NCBI GenBank assembly: GCA_913047325.1
Contig: CAJWTP010000002.1
Location: forward strand, 20,181 to 84,180
DNA: 64,000 nucleotides
Source of the DNA: an uncultured Gammaproteobacteria bacterium
GTDB taxonomy: Bacteria; Pseudomonadota; Gammaproteobacteria; PS1; Pseudothioglobaceae
Direction of reading: 5' to 3'
The notes under the pieces are model-generated. The model did not search any database. It was not told the DNA's origin and saw only the letters and a program-made list of their open reading frames with translations. The first letter of the stretch is position 1, and each line of letters begins with the position of its first letter. A program made the position numbers and the translations under genes. This document shows, piece after piece, positions 12,966-24,752 of this stretch.

Positions 12966-13704
12966 AATCCTTGGTAAGAGTTATAAAGCTTTCTACACTC
13001 AGCATTTCAGCCCTTTGCGACAGATCAATCTCTGTTTGTTCTTGATTAAGATATGATTTTAAACAGTTTTTAAGTGTTTTTCTACGTTTAGAGAAACAGA
13101 CTTTGACAACCTTTTCTAATAACTGAACGTTGTCTATTAGTGGTTTTTGCTTTGTTTTTAGATAAACTATGGCCGATTCAATCTTAGGTTGGGGGCTAAA
13201 GGATTCCTTAGGCACAGTAAAAATTAGATCTACATCAAAAAAGCTCTGCATCATCACACTTAAACGTCCGAAGTCTTTACAGTTATGTTTTGCGACGATT
13301 CTACCAACTACTTCTTTTTGAAGCATAAAAGTCATATCAATGATATTGTCTTTCTGGCTGAGTAAGTGAAATAGTAGCGGCGAAGAGATATTGTAAGGCA
13401 AATTACCGACTACCCTTAGATTATTGGAGATCTGACTAAAATCATAACTAAGAGCGTCTGCCTCATGGATTATGAGCTTAGTATTTTGGTTTGATTGCAA
13501 GAGTGCAATTAAATCACGATCTATTTCAACTACATTGAGTTTATCTAATTGCTCAAGCAAAGGGAAAGTGATGGCGCCTTTCCCTGGCCCTATTTCGACT
13601 ATGTCGTCCTCCTTATTGGGCGATATTGTAGAAACAATTCTTTCAATAACCTGTCTGTCAGTTAAAAAGTTTTGGCCAAATCTTTTTCTAGCTTTATGTG
13701 GCAT
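12949..13704 (-). CDS. rsmA: 16S rRNA dimethyladenosine transferase
   Basis: RKRFGQNFL, EIGPGKG, GNLPYNIS. Confidence 0.96.
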   Translation of the reverse strand: MPHKARKRFGQNFLTDRQVIERIVSTISPNKEDDIVEIGPGKGAITFPLLEQLDKLNVVEIDRDLIALLQSNQNTKLIIHEADALSYDFSQISNNLRVVGNLPYNISSPLLFHLLSQKDNIIDMTFMLQKEVVGRIVAKHNCKDFGRLSVMMQSFFDVDLIFTVPKESFSPQPKIESAIVYLKTKQKPLIDNVQLLEKVVKVCFSKRRKTLKNCLKSYLNQEQTEIDLSQRAEMLSVESFITLTKDYAKQH

Positions 13705-14656
13705 TGTTTTGTAGTTCTTCTAGATACTGTAGCGCCACATTAAAACTACCCAAACTAATTCTCCCAGTGCCTGCAAGTTCTATTGCGGTGCCGTGATCTA
13801 CAGAGGTACGGAAAAATGGCAATCCTAATGTAATATTGGCTGCCTGATTAAAACCTTGTGCCTTCAATACTGGCAAGCCTTGGTCGTGATACATTGTAAG
13901 CACTACGTCGACTTTGCTAAGAGACTTTGATGTAAAAGCTGTATCTGCAGGAACCGGGCCAGTTAAATTGTAACCCAAATCATTAAGTTCGCTAATTACA
14001 GGGTTAATTACATTAACTTCCTCGTCTCCCAAATGTCCATCTTCACCTGCATGAGGATTTAGGCCACAAACTAAGATATGGGGGTTATTGATACCAAAAT
14101 ATATAAAACTGTTCTTGATAATAGTAATAACTTCCTTGAGTGATTTTCTAGTTATATGGTTTGAAACTTCCTTTAGAGGCAAGTGTGTTGTCGCAAGAGC
14201 AACTTTTAATTCTTTGGTTGCGAGCAACATAACGGTTCTAGAAACGCCACTTAGCTTTGCTAGAAATTCTGTATGCCCGCTAAAAAGTACGCCAGATTCA
14301 TTGATTATGCCTTTGTTAACAGGGCCAGTTAATAGTCCATCACATCTTCCGCTAAGACAGTCTTTAGTTGCCTGATTTAAGGTGTTTAAAACATAGGCCG
14401 CATTATTGGACTCCAGTTTTCCGGGTTCCACTTTAATATCCGTTCTGATAGGGTAAATATTTAACTCAGATTTGTTGCATATTTCTGGGTTTGATTCTTT
14501 AAGAGAAATGGGAAGATTCAGTTGTTTTGCTCTGTCAATTAAAACGTCAGGGTCACAATACACCAAAAGGTTTTTCTTAATTGATTTTTGGGCATACATG
14601 ATTACTAAATCAGGTCCAATGCCAGAAGGTTCGCCGGGAGTATACGCTATAGCCAT
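13694..14656 (-). CDS. pdxA: 4-hydroxythreonine-4-phosphate dehydrogenase
   Basis: GEPSGIGP, GLNPHAGE, MYHDQG, RTSVDHGTA. Confidence 0.96.
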   Translation of the reverse strand: MAIAYTPGEPSGIGPDLVIMYAQKSIKKNLLVYCDPDVLIDRAKQLNLPISLKESNPEICNKSELNIYPIRTDIKVEPGKLESNNAAYVLNTLNQATKDCLSGRCDGLLTGPVNKGIINESGVLFSGHTEFLAKLSGVSRTVMLLATKELKVALATTHLPLKEVSNHITRKSLKEVITIIKNSFIYFGINNPHILVCGLNPHAGEDGHLGDEEVNVINPVISELNDLGYNLTGPVPADTAFTSKSLSKVDVVLTMYHDQGLPVLKAQGFNQAANITLGLPFFRTSVDHGTAIELAGTGRISLGSFNVALQYLEELQNNAT

Positions 14657-14827
14657 GTTTGATTCTAATTTGCTAATGTCAATATTATAAGGTTATATGG
14701 CTTATATTAACTCTTAAACCTAAATGAAATCTCTAAGAATCAGAAAAAATAGTAGAGATAGGAGGAATGTTCCAATCATGAAATTAGTATACTTTTAAAG
14801 CTATTTTTGTTGATAAGTATTGATTAA

Positions 14828-15775
14828 TTAAACGACTAATTTTCCCTGGGCTTGTAAGTCTGCATGGTATGAAGACCTAACCATCGGTCCACTTGCGACC
14901 TGAGTAAATCCTAGCTCTTCTGCGAGCTCCCTGTATTGACTAAACTGTTCGGGGGTAATGTACTCTTCTACAGCAAGATGATGGCGGCTGGGTTGAAGGT
15001 ATTGGCCCAAAGTTAGCATGTCTACTTTATGCTTGCGTAAATCATTAAGTACATTAACGACCTCTTTTTTTGTCTCACCAACGCCTAACATTAGTCCTGA
15101 TTTTGTAATTACGTGAGGGTGTTGTTCTTTAAAACTTTTTAAAAGTTCGAGAGAATTTAAATAATTTGCGCCAGGTCTAACCTGAGGATACAGGCTAGGT
15201 ACGGTCTCAAGATTATGATTGAATACATCTGGAGGGCAATCAAGAAATTCCCTTAATGCTTTATCTAATCTACCTCTGAAATCAGGTGTTAATATTTCGA
15301 TTTTAATCTTAGGTGTTGTTTTGCGAATCATGTTGATACAGTTTTTAAAATGCAAAGCACCGCCATCCCTTAGGTCATCACGATCTACAGAAGTTAAGAC
15401 AACATACTTGAGCGACATTTTTGCTATAGTTTCAGCTAAATGAACTGGCTCATCAGCATCTAACTCTTTTGGTCTGCCGTGTGCGACATCACAAAAAGGG
15501 CATCTGCGGGTACATATTTGACCCATAATCATAAAAGTTGCCGTACCATGATTAAAACATTCATTAAGGTTAGGACACTGAGCCTCTTCGCAAACTGTAA
15601 ATAGTTTTTGTGCTTTTAAGGTATTTTTTAGTTCACTGATTTTTGCTGAGCCACTATGTTTTATCCTTATCCAGCTAGGCTTTTTAAGTGGCTTCCTTAA
15701 GGGGTCAGGTTTAATTTTAAGGCGATTAGTTTTTGATTCCCCCTTTAGGGCCTTAATTTCAAGATTTTGTGACAT
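14828..15775 (-). CDS. lipA: Lipoyl synthase
   Basis: [12 protein letters not shown] and [14 protein letters not shown]. Confidence 0.97.
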   Translation of the reverse strand: MSQNLEIKALKGESKTNRLKIKPDPLRKPLKKPSWIRIKHSGSAKISELKNTLKAQKLFTVCEEAQCPNLNECFNHGTATFMIMGQICTRRCPFCDVAHGRPKELDADEPVHLAETIAKMSLKYVVLTSVDRDDLRDGGALHFKNCINMIRKTTPKIKIEILTPDFRGRLDKALREFLDCPPDVFNHNLETVPSLYPQVRPGANYLNSLELLKSFKEQHPHVITKSGLMLGVGETKKEVVNVLNDLRKHKVDMLTLGQYLQPSRHHLAVEEYITPEQFSQYRELAEELGFTQVASGPMVRSSYHADLQAQGKLVV

Positions 15776-16370
15776 GCTTAATTAGATGTTGTGAAAGTTC
15801 ATTTTGAATGTCAGAAATAGATAAAACATTATCCGTTAAATCGCACATTTGAGTAACCTTTAAATCAGGATATCCGCAAGGGTTAATTAATGCAAAAGGT
15901 GTTAGGTCCATATCAATATTAAGGCTCAATCCATGATACGTTCTACCTTGTTTAACTTTAAGACCTAAGGCTGCAATTTTAGAGCCTTCTACGTATACCC
16001 CTGGAGCGCCATGGATAGTATTTGCGTTAATATCATAATTAGATAGAAGCTCAATTGATGATTGCTCGATTAAGGAAACAATTTTTTTTATTCCAATACC
16101 CAGTCTTTTGATATCAATTAAGCAATAGACAATTAATTGGCCGGGTCCATGATAGGTTATTTGTCCACCCCTATCAGATGTAATTACAGGTATCTCGGTT
16201 TCTTTTAATAGGTGTTCAGGTTTTCCAGAAAGTCCATGTGTAAAGACATTTTTATGTTCAAGTAACCAGAGTTCATCAGGCGTATCAAGTTGCCTTTTTT
16301 CGGTAAAAGATTTCATCTCTTCCCAAGTTTTTTGATAGTCTGTTATGCCTTTTGAGCGAACTTTGATCAC
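15759..16370 (-). CDS. lipB: Octanoyltransferase
   Basis: [18 protein letters not shown]. Confidence 0.96.
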   Translation of the reverse strand: MIKVRSKGITDYQKTWEEMKSFTEKRQLDTPDELWLLEHKNVFTHGLSGKPEHLLKETEIPVITSDRGGQITYHGPGQLIVYCLIDIKRLGIGIKKIVSLIEQSSIELLSNYDINANTIHGAPGVYVEGSKIAALGLKVKQGRTYHGLSLNIDMDLTPFALINPCGYPDLKVTQMCDLTDNVLSISDIQNELSQHLIKHVTKS

Positions 16371-16377
16371 AGGAATA

Positions 16378-16638
16378 TTATAGAAGGTATGCCACCATTG
16401 GACAATTTTGTAGTGACTTGTTTATGGCGTCTAATTGTGAACGACTTGTAGCAATAATTCTTACTGTGAGTGATATATAGGAACCTTTAGAGCTTACTTT
16501 AGAAGTAATTTGATTTTTATGCAGTTTACCCACATGTAATTCAATTATATTGCATACAGTCGACACAAAATCAGGCTGATCTTTACCAAAAATTTTGATT
16601 GGATAGTCACAAGGGAAATTGAAAACGTCGTCATTCAT
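16378..16638 (-). CDS. ybeD: DUF493/YbeD family protein
   Basis: FPCDYPIKIFG, SSKGSYISL; upstream of lipB. Confidence 0.9.
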   Translation of the reverse strand: MNDDVFNFPCDYPIKIFGKDQPDFVSTVCNIIELHVGKLHKNQITSKVSSKGSYISLTVRIIATSRSQLDAINKSLQNCPMVAYLL

Positions 16639-16718
16639 TAAATTAAATAATTATGAATATGAAAAGATTACAATGTTTAGTCCTGACACACAATTATACT
16701 TTGATTATTTGAAAATCC

Positions 16719-17037
16719 ATGATTAATGATTTATCACCTAAGCAATTTAGAGACTATATAAATATCCATGAAGTAAAGCTTGTTGATGTTCGTGAAGATT
16801 GGGAGTTTGAAATATGTCAAATTGATGGTTCAATATGTATGCCAATGAGCAATATCAATGCGACATTTATGAAACTTAATAAGGAGAATGGTATAGCTTT
16901 GTACTGCCACCATGGGTTACGCTCTATGCAGGCGGCAAATATATTAATGTCCAAAGGCTTTAGGGTTATTAATAAATCTCCACGGAGGGATTGAAGCCTG
17001 GTCAAGAGAGATTGATGCTTCTATGGCGAGGTATTAA
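16719..17037 (+). pseudogene. Single-domain rhodanese with +1 frameshift near the C-terminus
   Basis: DVREDWE, YCHHGLRS in frame 0; expected tail NLHGGIEAWSREIDASMARY* is in the +1 frame from ~16966 to the stop at 17037. Confidence 0.75.
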
Positions 17038-17133
17038 ATAGAGAAGTTATTATTGTCGATTTATTGACAATAATCATTATTGAAAATTGGTTAGACTATA
17101 ATCAAATTAAGTCAATTCCAGATATCATTTAGT

Positions 17134-17787
17134 ATGAATTTTATAGAACAAATGTTTTCCCTTCAAAGGGAGTTAAATAACAAGACAAATGGGGATATTT
17201 GGCTTGATAACATGACCCAAGAAGGTAGAGAAATATGCTGGCATCGTTGCATTTATATGGAGGCTTCTGAGGCAATTGACTCGTTTAATTGGAAGCATTG
17301 GAAAGATATTAATACCGAGCCAGATTGGGAAAATATCAAAGTAGAGTTGGTTGACATTTGGCATTTTATTATGTCAGAGTTGATTCGTCTAAATGATGAA
17401 GATTACGCTTACAAATACCTAGACACAAAAACCTCAGGGGACTTGAATTCGTTAGCTTTAGTTGAAGTTTTTGAAAAAATCATAAGCATCTCTGTGACAA
17501 ATACTAAATGTGGCGATATTTACGCAATTCGAGAAGTCAGCGATCTCTTTTTTGTTGCGTTGTCCCATGTTGGGATTGACACCGAGGATCTCTACAGGAG
17601 GTATGTAGTAAAAAATCAATTAAACTCATTTCGACAAAACCATGGCTACAAGAATGGTTCATATATTAAATTGTGGGGAAAAGTTGAAGATAACGTGGTA
17701 GCTTTTAATATTATGGATAAATGTCCAAATATTTCTCCGTCTGACCTCTATCAAAAACTTGAATTAGAGTACTCTCATCTTGAATAA
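17134..17787 (+). CDS. Dimeric all-alpha dUTPase
   Basis: [48 protein letters not shown] motifs of the Campylobacter/trypanosome-type family. Confidence 0.9.
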   Translation: MNFIEQMFSLQRELNNKTNGDIWLDNMTQEGREICWHRCIYMEASEAIDSFNWKHWKDINTEPDWENIKVELVDIWHFIMSELIRLNDEDYAYKYLDTKTSGDLNSLALVEVFEKIISISVTNTKCGDIYAIREVSDLFFVALSHVGIDTEDLYRRYVVKNQLNSFRQNHGYKNGSYIKLWGKVEDNVVAFNIMDKCPNISPSDLYQKLELEYSHLE

Positions 17788-18856
17788 GGGTTCTGATTAT
17801 TTGAATACCGTTAATTCCACTATTAATTCTATCCGTTTAACTGAGTACAGCCATGGCACGGGATGCGGTTGCAAGCTCTCGCCAAAAATGCTTGATGAAA
17901 TTCTTGGTAATCAAGAAAATGGATTTCAAGATTTCAATTTAATTGTTGGTAATGAGTCAAACGACGATGCCGCTGTTTACGATTTAGGGGATGGCAGGGC
18001 ATTGATTAGTACGACAGATTTTTTTATGCCAATTGTTGATGATCCTTATATTTTTGGCAAAATTGCCGCTTGCAATGCAATGAGTGATATATACGCTATG
18101 GGTGGCAAACCCTTAATGGCTATAGCAATTTTTGGTTGGCCTTTAGATAAGCTTTCCACAGAAATTGGAGCTAAAGTTATTGAGGGGGGTAGGGCGATAT
18201 GTACTGAAGCTGGAATTAGTCTTGCTGGTGGACATAGCATAGATTCTCCAGAACCAATCTTTGGCCTATCTGTTACGGGCATTGTTAATGTTGCTGATAT
18301 CAAAAAAAATACAGACGCCAAAGTTGGTGATTCAATTTATCTGTCTAAGCCTTTAGGAGTTGGGATATTGTCAACTGCACAAAAAATGAAAAAAGTTGAT
18401 TTTGATGACCACCAAAAAGCGATAGATCAGATGTGTAAGCTGAATGACATGGGCATTGAAGTTGCAAAAATTTTTGGTGTCAATGCCATAACAGATGTCA
18501 CTGGTTTTGGGTTAGCAGGCCACCTTTTAGAGATATGTTTGGGTAGCAATGTATCTGCAACAATTGAGTTTGATAAAATTCCTCTTCTGCCAAACTTGCA
18601 TGGCTATTTGAGGGAAGGTTGCATTCCTGGAGGAACTCAAAGAAACTTCGAAAGTTATAGTAATAAAGTAAACGAATTATCCCCAGTTCAACGCTCTATA
18701 TTGTTTGATCCACAAACCAGTGGTGGTTTGCTTATAACTGCTTCTGAGCAGGCTAATAATTCGCTTTATGGTGTTTTGGAGAAATATGGCAACCTGCAAG
18801 CAATAGGGACAATCATACAAAAGGAATCAAACTCTAAAATTATCCAGGTGCGATGA
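17780..18856 (+). CDS. selD: Selenophosphate synthetase (Cys form)
   Basis: [49 protein letters not shown]. Confidence 0.96.
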   Translation: MNKGSDYLNTVNSTINSIRLTEYSHGTGCGCKLSPKMLDEILGNQENGFQDFNLIVGNESNDDAAVYDLGDGRALISTTDFFMPIVDDPYIFGKIAACNAMSDIYAMGGKPLMAIAIFGWPLDKLSTEIGAKVIEGGRAICTEAGISLAGGHSIDSPEPIFGLSVTGIVNVADIKKNTDAKVGDSIYLSKPLGVGILSTAQKMKKVDFDDHQKAIDQMCKLNDMGIEVAKIFGVNAITDVTGFGLAGHLLEICLGSNVSATIEFDKIPLLPNLHGYLREGCIPGGTQRNFESYSNKVNELSPVQRSILFDPQTSGGLLITASEQANNSLYGVLEKYGNLQAIGTIIQKESNSKIIQVR

Positions 18857-19938
18857 ACGAATTGCCAGAAATTGATAATTTTCAGTATTTATTTCAAAAC
18901 GATATACCTTTAATTGACACTCGTGCTCCAGTTGAATTTGATCGTGGCGCCTTTCCAAATGCAATAAATATTCCCCTTATGAATAATGAAGAGCGTCGTT
19001 TAATTGGTGTGGATTATAAAGATAATGGAAGAAATTCTGCGATAGAACTTGGTCATCGATTAGTTAGCGGAGATATAAAAAAGAGTAGGTTGGATGCTTG
19101 GTTGGATTTTGTTGAAAAGCATCCAAATGGTGCGCTTTATTGTTTTCGTGGAGGCCTTAGATCCGAGATAGTTCAACATTGGATATTTGAATCTTCCGGT
19201 ATTGCATATCCACGTGTCAAAGGTGGTTTTAAGGATATGCGTCGTTACCTTACGAAAGAGCTAGATCAAATAGTTGAATTGACAAATTTTGTGATTCTGG
19301 GTGGACAAACAGGTTGTGGAAAAACACTTCTTCTTGGCGAATTGGGAAATAGTATGGATTTAGAAGAATTGGCTAATCATAGAGGGTCTGCTTTTGGACA
19401 GAATATTTTTCCACAGCCAACACAGACAGCCTTTGAAAATGCTTTGGCAATTGAATTTATTCATAAAAAAAATAACTCTTTATTGATTCTCGAGGATGAA
19501 GGTAGTAATATTGGTAGAGTGTATTTGCCAACTAATTTGAAAAATAAAATATTGCAATCAGATTTAGTAATATTGTGTGCTAGTCTGGAAGAGCGTATTC
19601 AATTAAGCCTTAAAGCCTATGTTGTTGATATGTTGGATAGTTTTAGAAAAAATAACGAAATTGATGGTTTTAAACAATTTTCAAATTACTGGAAGGCCAG
19701 TCTCTCTAAGATCCAAAAAAGACTCGGTGGGCTTCGTTATAAGCTTTTGTTAGAGATGTTAGATAGCGCTTTAGCAAAACATCAAGAACATACAGAGGTT
19801 GATTCATATATCCCGCTTATTAAAGCATTGCTGACAGATTATTATGACCCTATGTATGATTATCAAATTTCAAAAAAGAAAAACAGAATAGTGTTTCAAG
19901 GGGATTCACAAGCAGTTATTGACTTCTTAAAGAATTAA
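18853..19938 (+). CDS. mnmH: tRNA 2-selenouridine synthase
   Basis: Rhodanese domain YCFRGGLRS plus P-loop [24 protein letters not shown]; overlaps selD. Confidence 0.95.
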   Translation: MNELPEIDNFQYLFQNDIPLIDTRAPVEFDRGAFPNAINIPLMNNEERRLIGVDYKDNGRNSAIELGHRLVSGDIKKSRLDAWLDFVEKHPNGALYCFRGGLRSEIVQHWIFESSGIAYPRVKGGFKDMRRYLTKELDQIVELTNFVILGGQTGCGKTLLLGELGNSMDLEELANHRGSAFGQNIFPQPTQTAFENALAIEFIHKKNNSLLILEDEGSNIGRVYLPTNLKNKILQSDLVILCASLEERIQLSLKAYVVDMLDSFRKNNEIDGFKQFSNYWKASLSKIQKRLGGLRYKLLLEMLDSALAKHQEHTEVDSYIPLIKALLTDYYDPMYDYQISKKKNRIVFQGDSQAVIDFLKN

Positions 19939-20208
19939 TTAATCTCTTATTTTTACTTTTATATCGGTAATTGGTTTTGACTGACAAGCTAGAATTTCTT
20001 TAGGAGATGACGATAGGGGGATAAGGCTCTCCTGATGGATTACTTCTCCCTCAATTAAATGTAATATACAATTTCCGCAATGACCTTGTCTGCAGTTATG
20101 ATTTATTAAGACATTGTGGTATTCGAGCTCGGTTAATATTGACTCGTCGCCGTAAACATAGAGTAACTCAGTTTCTCCATTATTTTTGTCAAATTCAATT
20201 TTAAACAT
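19939..20208 (-). CDS. yfaE: 2Fe-2S ferredoxin, YfaE-like
   Basis: CRQGHCGNC...LACQ; directly downstream of nrdB. Confidence 0.85.
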   Translation of the reverse strand: MFKIEFDKNNGETELLYVYGDESILTELEYHNVLINHNCRQGHCGNCILHLIEGEVIHQESLIPLSSSPKEILACQSKPITDIKVKIRD

Positions 20209-20225
20209 TTAATCGAATATAGCAT

Positions 20226-21362
20226 TTATAGTTTAAAGCCACTGAAGTCGTTATCATCTTCATTGATAGTATTATCAATAGCGCTTACCAAGTAAGAGGT
20301 TATTTCGGTTTCTTGAGGTGCAACCTGTACATTATCATTATCTAGCCAATGATTCATCCAGGGAAGAGGGTTGCTTGTTTGTTCAAAAATTGGCTTTAAA
20401 TCAAGTGATGACATGCGAACATTTGTTATATATTCGAGGTAATGCTTGAGTATTTCAGCGTTTAGGCCAATCATTGAGCCATCACGAAATAAATAATCTG
20501 CCCAGTCTTTTTCTTCTTGGGTGGCATCTTTAAACATTTGTATGACTTCAGGCTCGCACTCTTTGGCGATTTTTTTCAAATCAGGGTCGTCTTTTCCACT
20601 TTTCATTAAATTAATCATGTGCTGGGTACTTGTTAAATGCAGTGCTTCGTCACGAGCAATTAGTTTGATAATTTTTGCATTACCCTCCATTACTTTTCGT
20701 TCAGCGAATGCAAAAGAGCAAGCAAAGCTTACATAGAAGCGTATAGCTTCAAGAATATTGACAGACATTAATGTTAAATAAAGCATACGTTTTATGTCAT
20801 ACAGGTCGACCTCTATTTCCTCATCCTTGAGTTTATGCTTTCCTTCTCCGTATAGGCAATATGCTTGAGTGTATTTAATTAATTCATCATAGTTTTTTGA
20901 TACGCTTGTTGCGCGCTGGATGATTTCATCAGTTTTCATGATGTCATCAAACACAACGCCTGGTTCATTAACGATGGCACGGATGATGTGGGTATAAGAG
21001 CGTGAATGAATTGTTTCTGAAAATGCCCATGTTTCAATCCAATTTTCTACTTCAGGGAGAGAAACTATTGGTAAAAAAGCTATGGTAGGGGAGCGCCCTT
21101 GAACAGAGTCGAGTAAGATTTGGTATTGCAAGTTAGAAATAAAGATGTGCCTTTCATTTGGAAGTAGCTTAGAAAAATCCATCTTGTCTTTAGAAACATC
21201 AATTTCCTCTGGTCTCCAGAAGAAGGAAAGCTGTTTTTCTGTAAGCTTTTCAAACATTTCAAATTTTTGCTTATCAAATCGAGCAATATTAACAGTATCA
21301 CCAAAAAACATGGGTTGGGTTAATGTGTCGCTGATTTTTTGATTAAAAATGCTATATGTCAT
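20226..21362 (-). CDS. nrdB: Class Ia ribonucleotide reductase beta subunit
   Basis: [30 protein letters not shown]. Confidence 0.97.
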   Translation of the reverse strand: MTYSIFNQKISDTLTQPMFFGDTVNIARFDKQKFEMFEKLTEKQLSFFWRPEEIDVSKDKMDFSKLLPNERHIFISNLQYQILLDSVQGRSPTIAFLPIVSLPEVENWIETWAFSETIHSRSYTHIIRAIVNEPGVVFDDIMKTDEIIQRATSVSKNYDELIKYTQAYCLYGEGKHKLKDEEIEVDLYDIKRMLYLTLMSVNILEAIRFYVSFACSFAFAERKVMEGNAKIIKLIARDEALHLTSTQHMINLMKSGKDDPDLKKIAKECEPEVIQMFKDATQEEKDWADYLFRDGSMIGLNAEILKHYLEYITNVRMSSLDLKPIFEQTSNPLPWMNHWLDNDNVQVAPQETEITSYLVSAIDNTINEDDNDFSGFKL

Positions 21363-21373
21363 AAATATACTCC

Positions 21374-23680
21374 TTAAAGTTTACAAACGCCGTCCTCGCA
21401 ATCATCGTCACCAGGATCTCCAGCAGTTGCTAATTCGCTTGGTTTGTTGGTATTTTGTTCGTCAGTAGCACCATCTCTAGTATTGTGATAATAAAGTGTT
21501 TTGATGCCGTATTTATATGCCTTGAGTAAGTCCATTAAAAAGAGCTTCATCGGCACTTTGCTGCCATCGTATTGAGAAGGGTCATAATGAGTGTTAGTGG
21601 AGATGGACTGATCAACAAATTTTTGCATAATTGCGCATAACTGAAGATAGCCTTCATTATCTTTAATGTCCCACAATAACTCATATTGATTACGTAACTT
21701 TTCATACTCAGGTACAACTTGCTTTAGAATTCCATCTTTTGACTGTTTAATTGACACGAATCCTCTAGGTGGCTCAATGCCATTGGTTGAGTTTGAGATT
21801 TGGGATGAGCTTTCACAAGGCATTAATGCTGTAAGGGTAGAGTTTCTAAGGCCTGTAGCTTTAATGTCTTTGCGTAAAGCATTCCAATCTAGCATTAACT
21901 GAGTATTGCAAAACGCGTCAATATCTTTTTTATAGTTATCAACTGGCATGACATTGTTGGCGTAGTTTGTCTCTGAAAATAGCGGACAGGGACCAAGCTC
22001 TTGAGCTAATTTATTTGAAGCTTTAAGCGAATAATATTGCAATGCTTCGAAAGTTTTATGGACTAATTCGTTGCCAGATCCGTCAGAATATTTGACGCCA
22101 TTTTTTGCTAAATAGTAAGCTAAATTAGTGACTCCTATGCCCAATGTCCTGCGATTTTTACTGGAAAGTTCAGCTGCCTTTAATGGGTAGTCTTGATAGT
22201 CAAGAAGTGAATCAAGCGCACGAACAATAATTTCAGTGATATTTTCTAATTCATCTAGACTCTCTAAAGCTCCTAAATTTACAGCTGATAGCGTACAAAG
22301 CGCTACTTCTCCGTTTTCATCTTGAACTGAGTATAGTGGTTTTGTAGGCAAAGTAATTTCCATGCAAAGGTTTGATTGCCTGATTGGTGCTTGCTTGGCA
22401 TCAAAGGCGCTATGAGTGTTGCAGTGATCAACATTTTGTAGATAGATTCTTCCGGTATTAGCTCTTTCTTTCATAAATTTAGCAAATAGGTCACGAGCTT
22501 TAATAGATGTTTTACGAATAGTTTTATCTTTTTCATACTTTTCGTAAAGAGATTTAAATTCATTTTGATCTACAAAGAACGCACTATATAGTCCCGGAAC
22601 ATCGTTTGGAGAGAATAGTGTTATATCTTTATCATCAAGAAATCGCTGATACATCAAGCCATTAAATTGAACGCCATAATCCAAGTGTCTAATCCTGTTT
22701 TCATCAGTTCCTGCATTATTTTTTAGCACTAAAAGACCTTCAACTTCAAGATGCCATAATGGGTAGAAAAGGGTAGCAGCGCCACCTCTAACTCCTCCTT
22801 GGGAACATGACTTAACAGCAGTATGAAAGTGTTTAAAAAAAGGAATACAGCCAGTATGCGTAGCCTCTCCACCTCGAATAGGGCTGCCAAGTCCTCGAAT
22901 TCTGCCACCATTAATACCTATGCCAGCACGTTGGGAGACATATTTGACAATAGCCCCTGACGCGGCACTAATTGAGTCCAAATCATCGTCACTTTCTATT
23001 AATACACATGAAGAAAATTGTCGAGTAGGAGTTCTAACTCCAGCCATAATGGGGGTCGGCAAAGATATTTTAAATTTAGATGTAGAGTCGTAAAAGCTTT
23101 TGACAAACTTCATTCTACTATCCTTAATGTAATCTTGGAAAAGACACATTCCAACGAGCATATAAAGCAATTGAGGTGACTCATATATTTCACCTGTTAC
23201 ACGATTTTGGACTAAATATTTACCTTCAAGTTGTTTGACAGCCGCATATGAAAAATTCATATCACGCCAATGGTCTATGTGACTATTTAGTTCCTTAAAT
23301 TCAGCTTTAGTATATTTATTAAGAATGTCATTGTCATAGATTCCCATATCGGTAAGTTTACTAACATGATCAAAAAGGGCAGGAGGGGTAAAAGATTGAA
23401 ATGCCTTTTTACGGAGATGAAATATTGCTAATCTAGCTGCGAGATATTGATAATCTGGTGAGTCAGATGAAATTAAATCAGCTGCGGACTTAATGATAGT
23501 TTCATGTATATCTTCAGTCTTAATGCCGTCAAAAAAAGCTAATTGAGCATTAATTTCAACCTGTGAAACAGAAACACCATCTAAATCCTGAGAGGCCCAA
23601 TGTACAACCCTATGAATCTTTTCCATATCGATGGATTCCTTTGACCCATCACGTTTTACAACCTTAATATCTTGGTTCAA
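21374..23680 (-). CDS. nrdA: Class Ia ribonucleotide reductase alpha subunit
   Basis: ATP cone VVKRDG, QFSSC, QSNLCME, TLYY, C-terminal CxxxxC; TTG start with AAGGAG SD. Confidence 0.97.
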   Translation of the reverse strand: MNQDIKVVKRDGSKESIDMEKIHRVVHWASQDLDGVSVSQVEINAQLAFFDGIKTEDIHETIIKSAADLISSDSPDYQYLAARLAIFHLRKKAFQSFTPPALFDHVSKLTDMGIYDNDILNKYTKAEFKELNSHIDHWRDMNFSYAAVKQLEGKYLVQNRVTGEIYESPQLLYMLVGMCLFQDYIKDSRMKFVKSFYDSTSKFKISLPTPIMAGVRTPTRQFSSCVLIESDDDLDSISAASGAIVKYVSQRAGIGINGGRIRGLGSPIRGGEATHTGCIPFFKHFHTAVKSCSQGGVRGGAATLFYPLWHLEVEGLLVLKNNAGTDENRIRHLDYGVQFNGLMYQRFLDDKDITLFSPNDVPGLYSAFFVDQNEFKSLYEKYEKDKTIRKTSIKARDLFAKFMKERANTGRIYLQNVDHCNTHSAFDAKQAPIRQSNLCMEITLPTKPLYSVQDENGEVALCTLSAVNLGALESLDELENITEIIVRALDSLLDYQDYPLKAAELSSKNRRTLGIGVTNLAYYLAKNGVKYSDGSGNELVHKTFEALQYYSLKASNKLAQELGPCPLFSETNYANNVMPVDNYKKDIDAFCNTQLMLDWNALRKDIKATGLRNSTLTALMPCESSSQISNSTNGIEPPRGFVSIKQSKDGILKQVVPEYEKLRNQYELLWDIKDNEGYLQLCAIMQKFVDQSISTNTHYDPSQYDGSKVPMKLFLMDLLKAYKYGIKTLYYHNTRDGATDEQNTNKPSELATAGDPGDDDCEDGVCKL

Positions 23681-23704
23681 GGCTCTTCTCTCCTTTTGAA
23701 AAAA

Positions 23705-23752
23705 ACACTATATTTAGTGCTATTTTATATAAATATATACTAAATATAGTGT
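23705..23752. promoter_or_regulatory. Tandem NrdR boxes
   Basis: ACACTATATTTAGTGC (23705-23720) and ATACTAAATATAGTGT (23737-23752), 32 bp apart, match the acaCwAtATaTwGtgt consensus upstream of nrdA. Confidence 0.9.
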
Positions 23753-23874
23753 ATTTCAATTTAAGATGCAAGAGCAAATACATAAAAGAATTATTGAAAT
23801 TGATATAAGAGATTGAAAGAAGAGGAAAATTTAAGTAAAAAAAATATTAATAAAGAATATATGAATATATAAAA

Positions 23875-24744
23875 TTAAGAGCGATAACGTGACAGAAGAA
23901 TTCCAGAAACAATAACAATTAAAGCAAATAAATCATGCCACAGAATTGGTTCAGCCAAGACAAACGCACCAAGCAAATATGCTACAACAGGTATCAAATA
24001 ATTAATATTAGAAAGGAATGTAGCACCAGCATTGTTAATGATGTAAAAATATATAACACCAGCTAATGCCGTTTGGAAAATTCCCATGGCAATTACACTC
24101 GACCCTGCAATAAGCGGGATATCTTGAAACTGAACAGATGTTACTTGCGGCCAGATTAAAAAACAAAGTATAGTTCCAACTAAAAACGTGCCGGTACTTG
24201 CAATTAAAGGGTCATAAGAGGGTAGGCGATTAGTTATTATGGTATTAAAAGAATATGAGCAAGCAGCAGCTAATACTAATAGTATGCCAAAAACAGTATT
24301 GTAAGAATTAAGAATACTAGGCCCTAGAATAAATAGAACACCAGTAATTCCAAGTATAAAACCAATCAATTTGTACTGATTAAGTTTGTCATTTGGAAGA
24401 AAGAAATGAGCAAGAATCAATGTAACTAAGGGCATTAGCGACATTAATAGACCAGCCATTCCAGAAGTAATGGTTAGTTGACCATATGAAATGAGAGAGA
24501 AAGGTATGATGCTACCAACTGTTGCAAATATGAAGAAATGTAACCAGGATTGTAAAGACTTTGGTAAAGATCTCCTAGTGGCAAATAAAACAGGAATCAT
24601 AACAATTAATCCAATTAACAGCCTTGAAGTTACAACTTGTTCAGGCGTAAAAAAGGTCAATGAACGATTATTTAAAAGAAAAGAAGATCCCCAAATAAGA
24701 ACAAGTGATAACAATAACAAATAGTTTCTAAGTAATTGATTCAT
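23875..24744 (-). CDS. DMT/EamA family transporter
   Basis: IWGSSF start motif, about 10 hydrophobic helices, YLIPVVA...LAEP. Confidence 0.9.
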   Translation of the reverse strand: MNQLLRNYLLLLSLVLIWGSSFLLNNRSLTFFTPEQVVTSRLLIGLIVMIPVLFATRRSLPKSLQSWLHFFIFATVGSIIPFSLISYGQLTITSGMAGLLMSLMPLVTLILAHFFLPNDKLNQYKLIGFILGITGVLFILGPSILNSYNTVFGILLVLAAACSYSFNTIITNRLPSYDPLIASTGTFLVGTILCFLIWPQVTSVQFQDIPLIAGSSVIAMGIFQTALAGVIYFYIINNAGATFLSNINYLIPVVAYLLGAFVLAEPILWHDLFALIVIVSGILLSRYRS

Positions 24745-24752
24745 AAGGGGAT

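Noticed and set aside
14757-14800. GGAGGA followed by ATG codons in the pdxA-lipA spacer
   Set aside because: Resulting ORFs are only 4-6 codons long
17850-17880. Selenocysteine in SelD
   Set aside because: Active site is TGC-GGT-TGC (CGC), with no in-frame TGA
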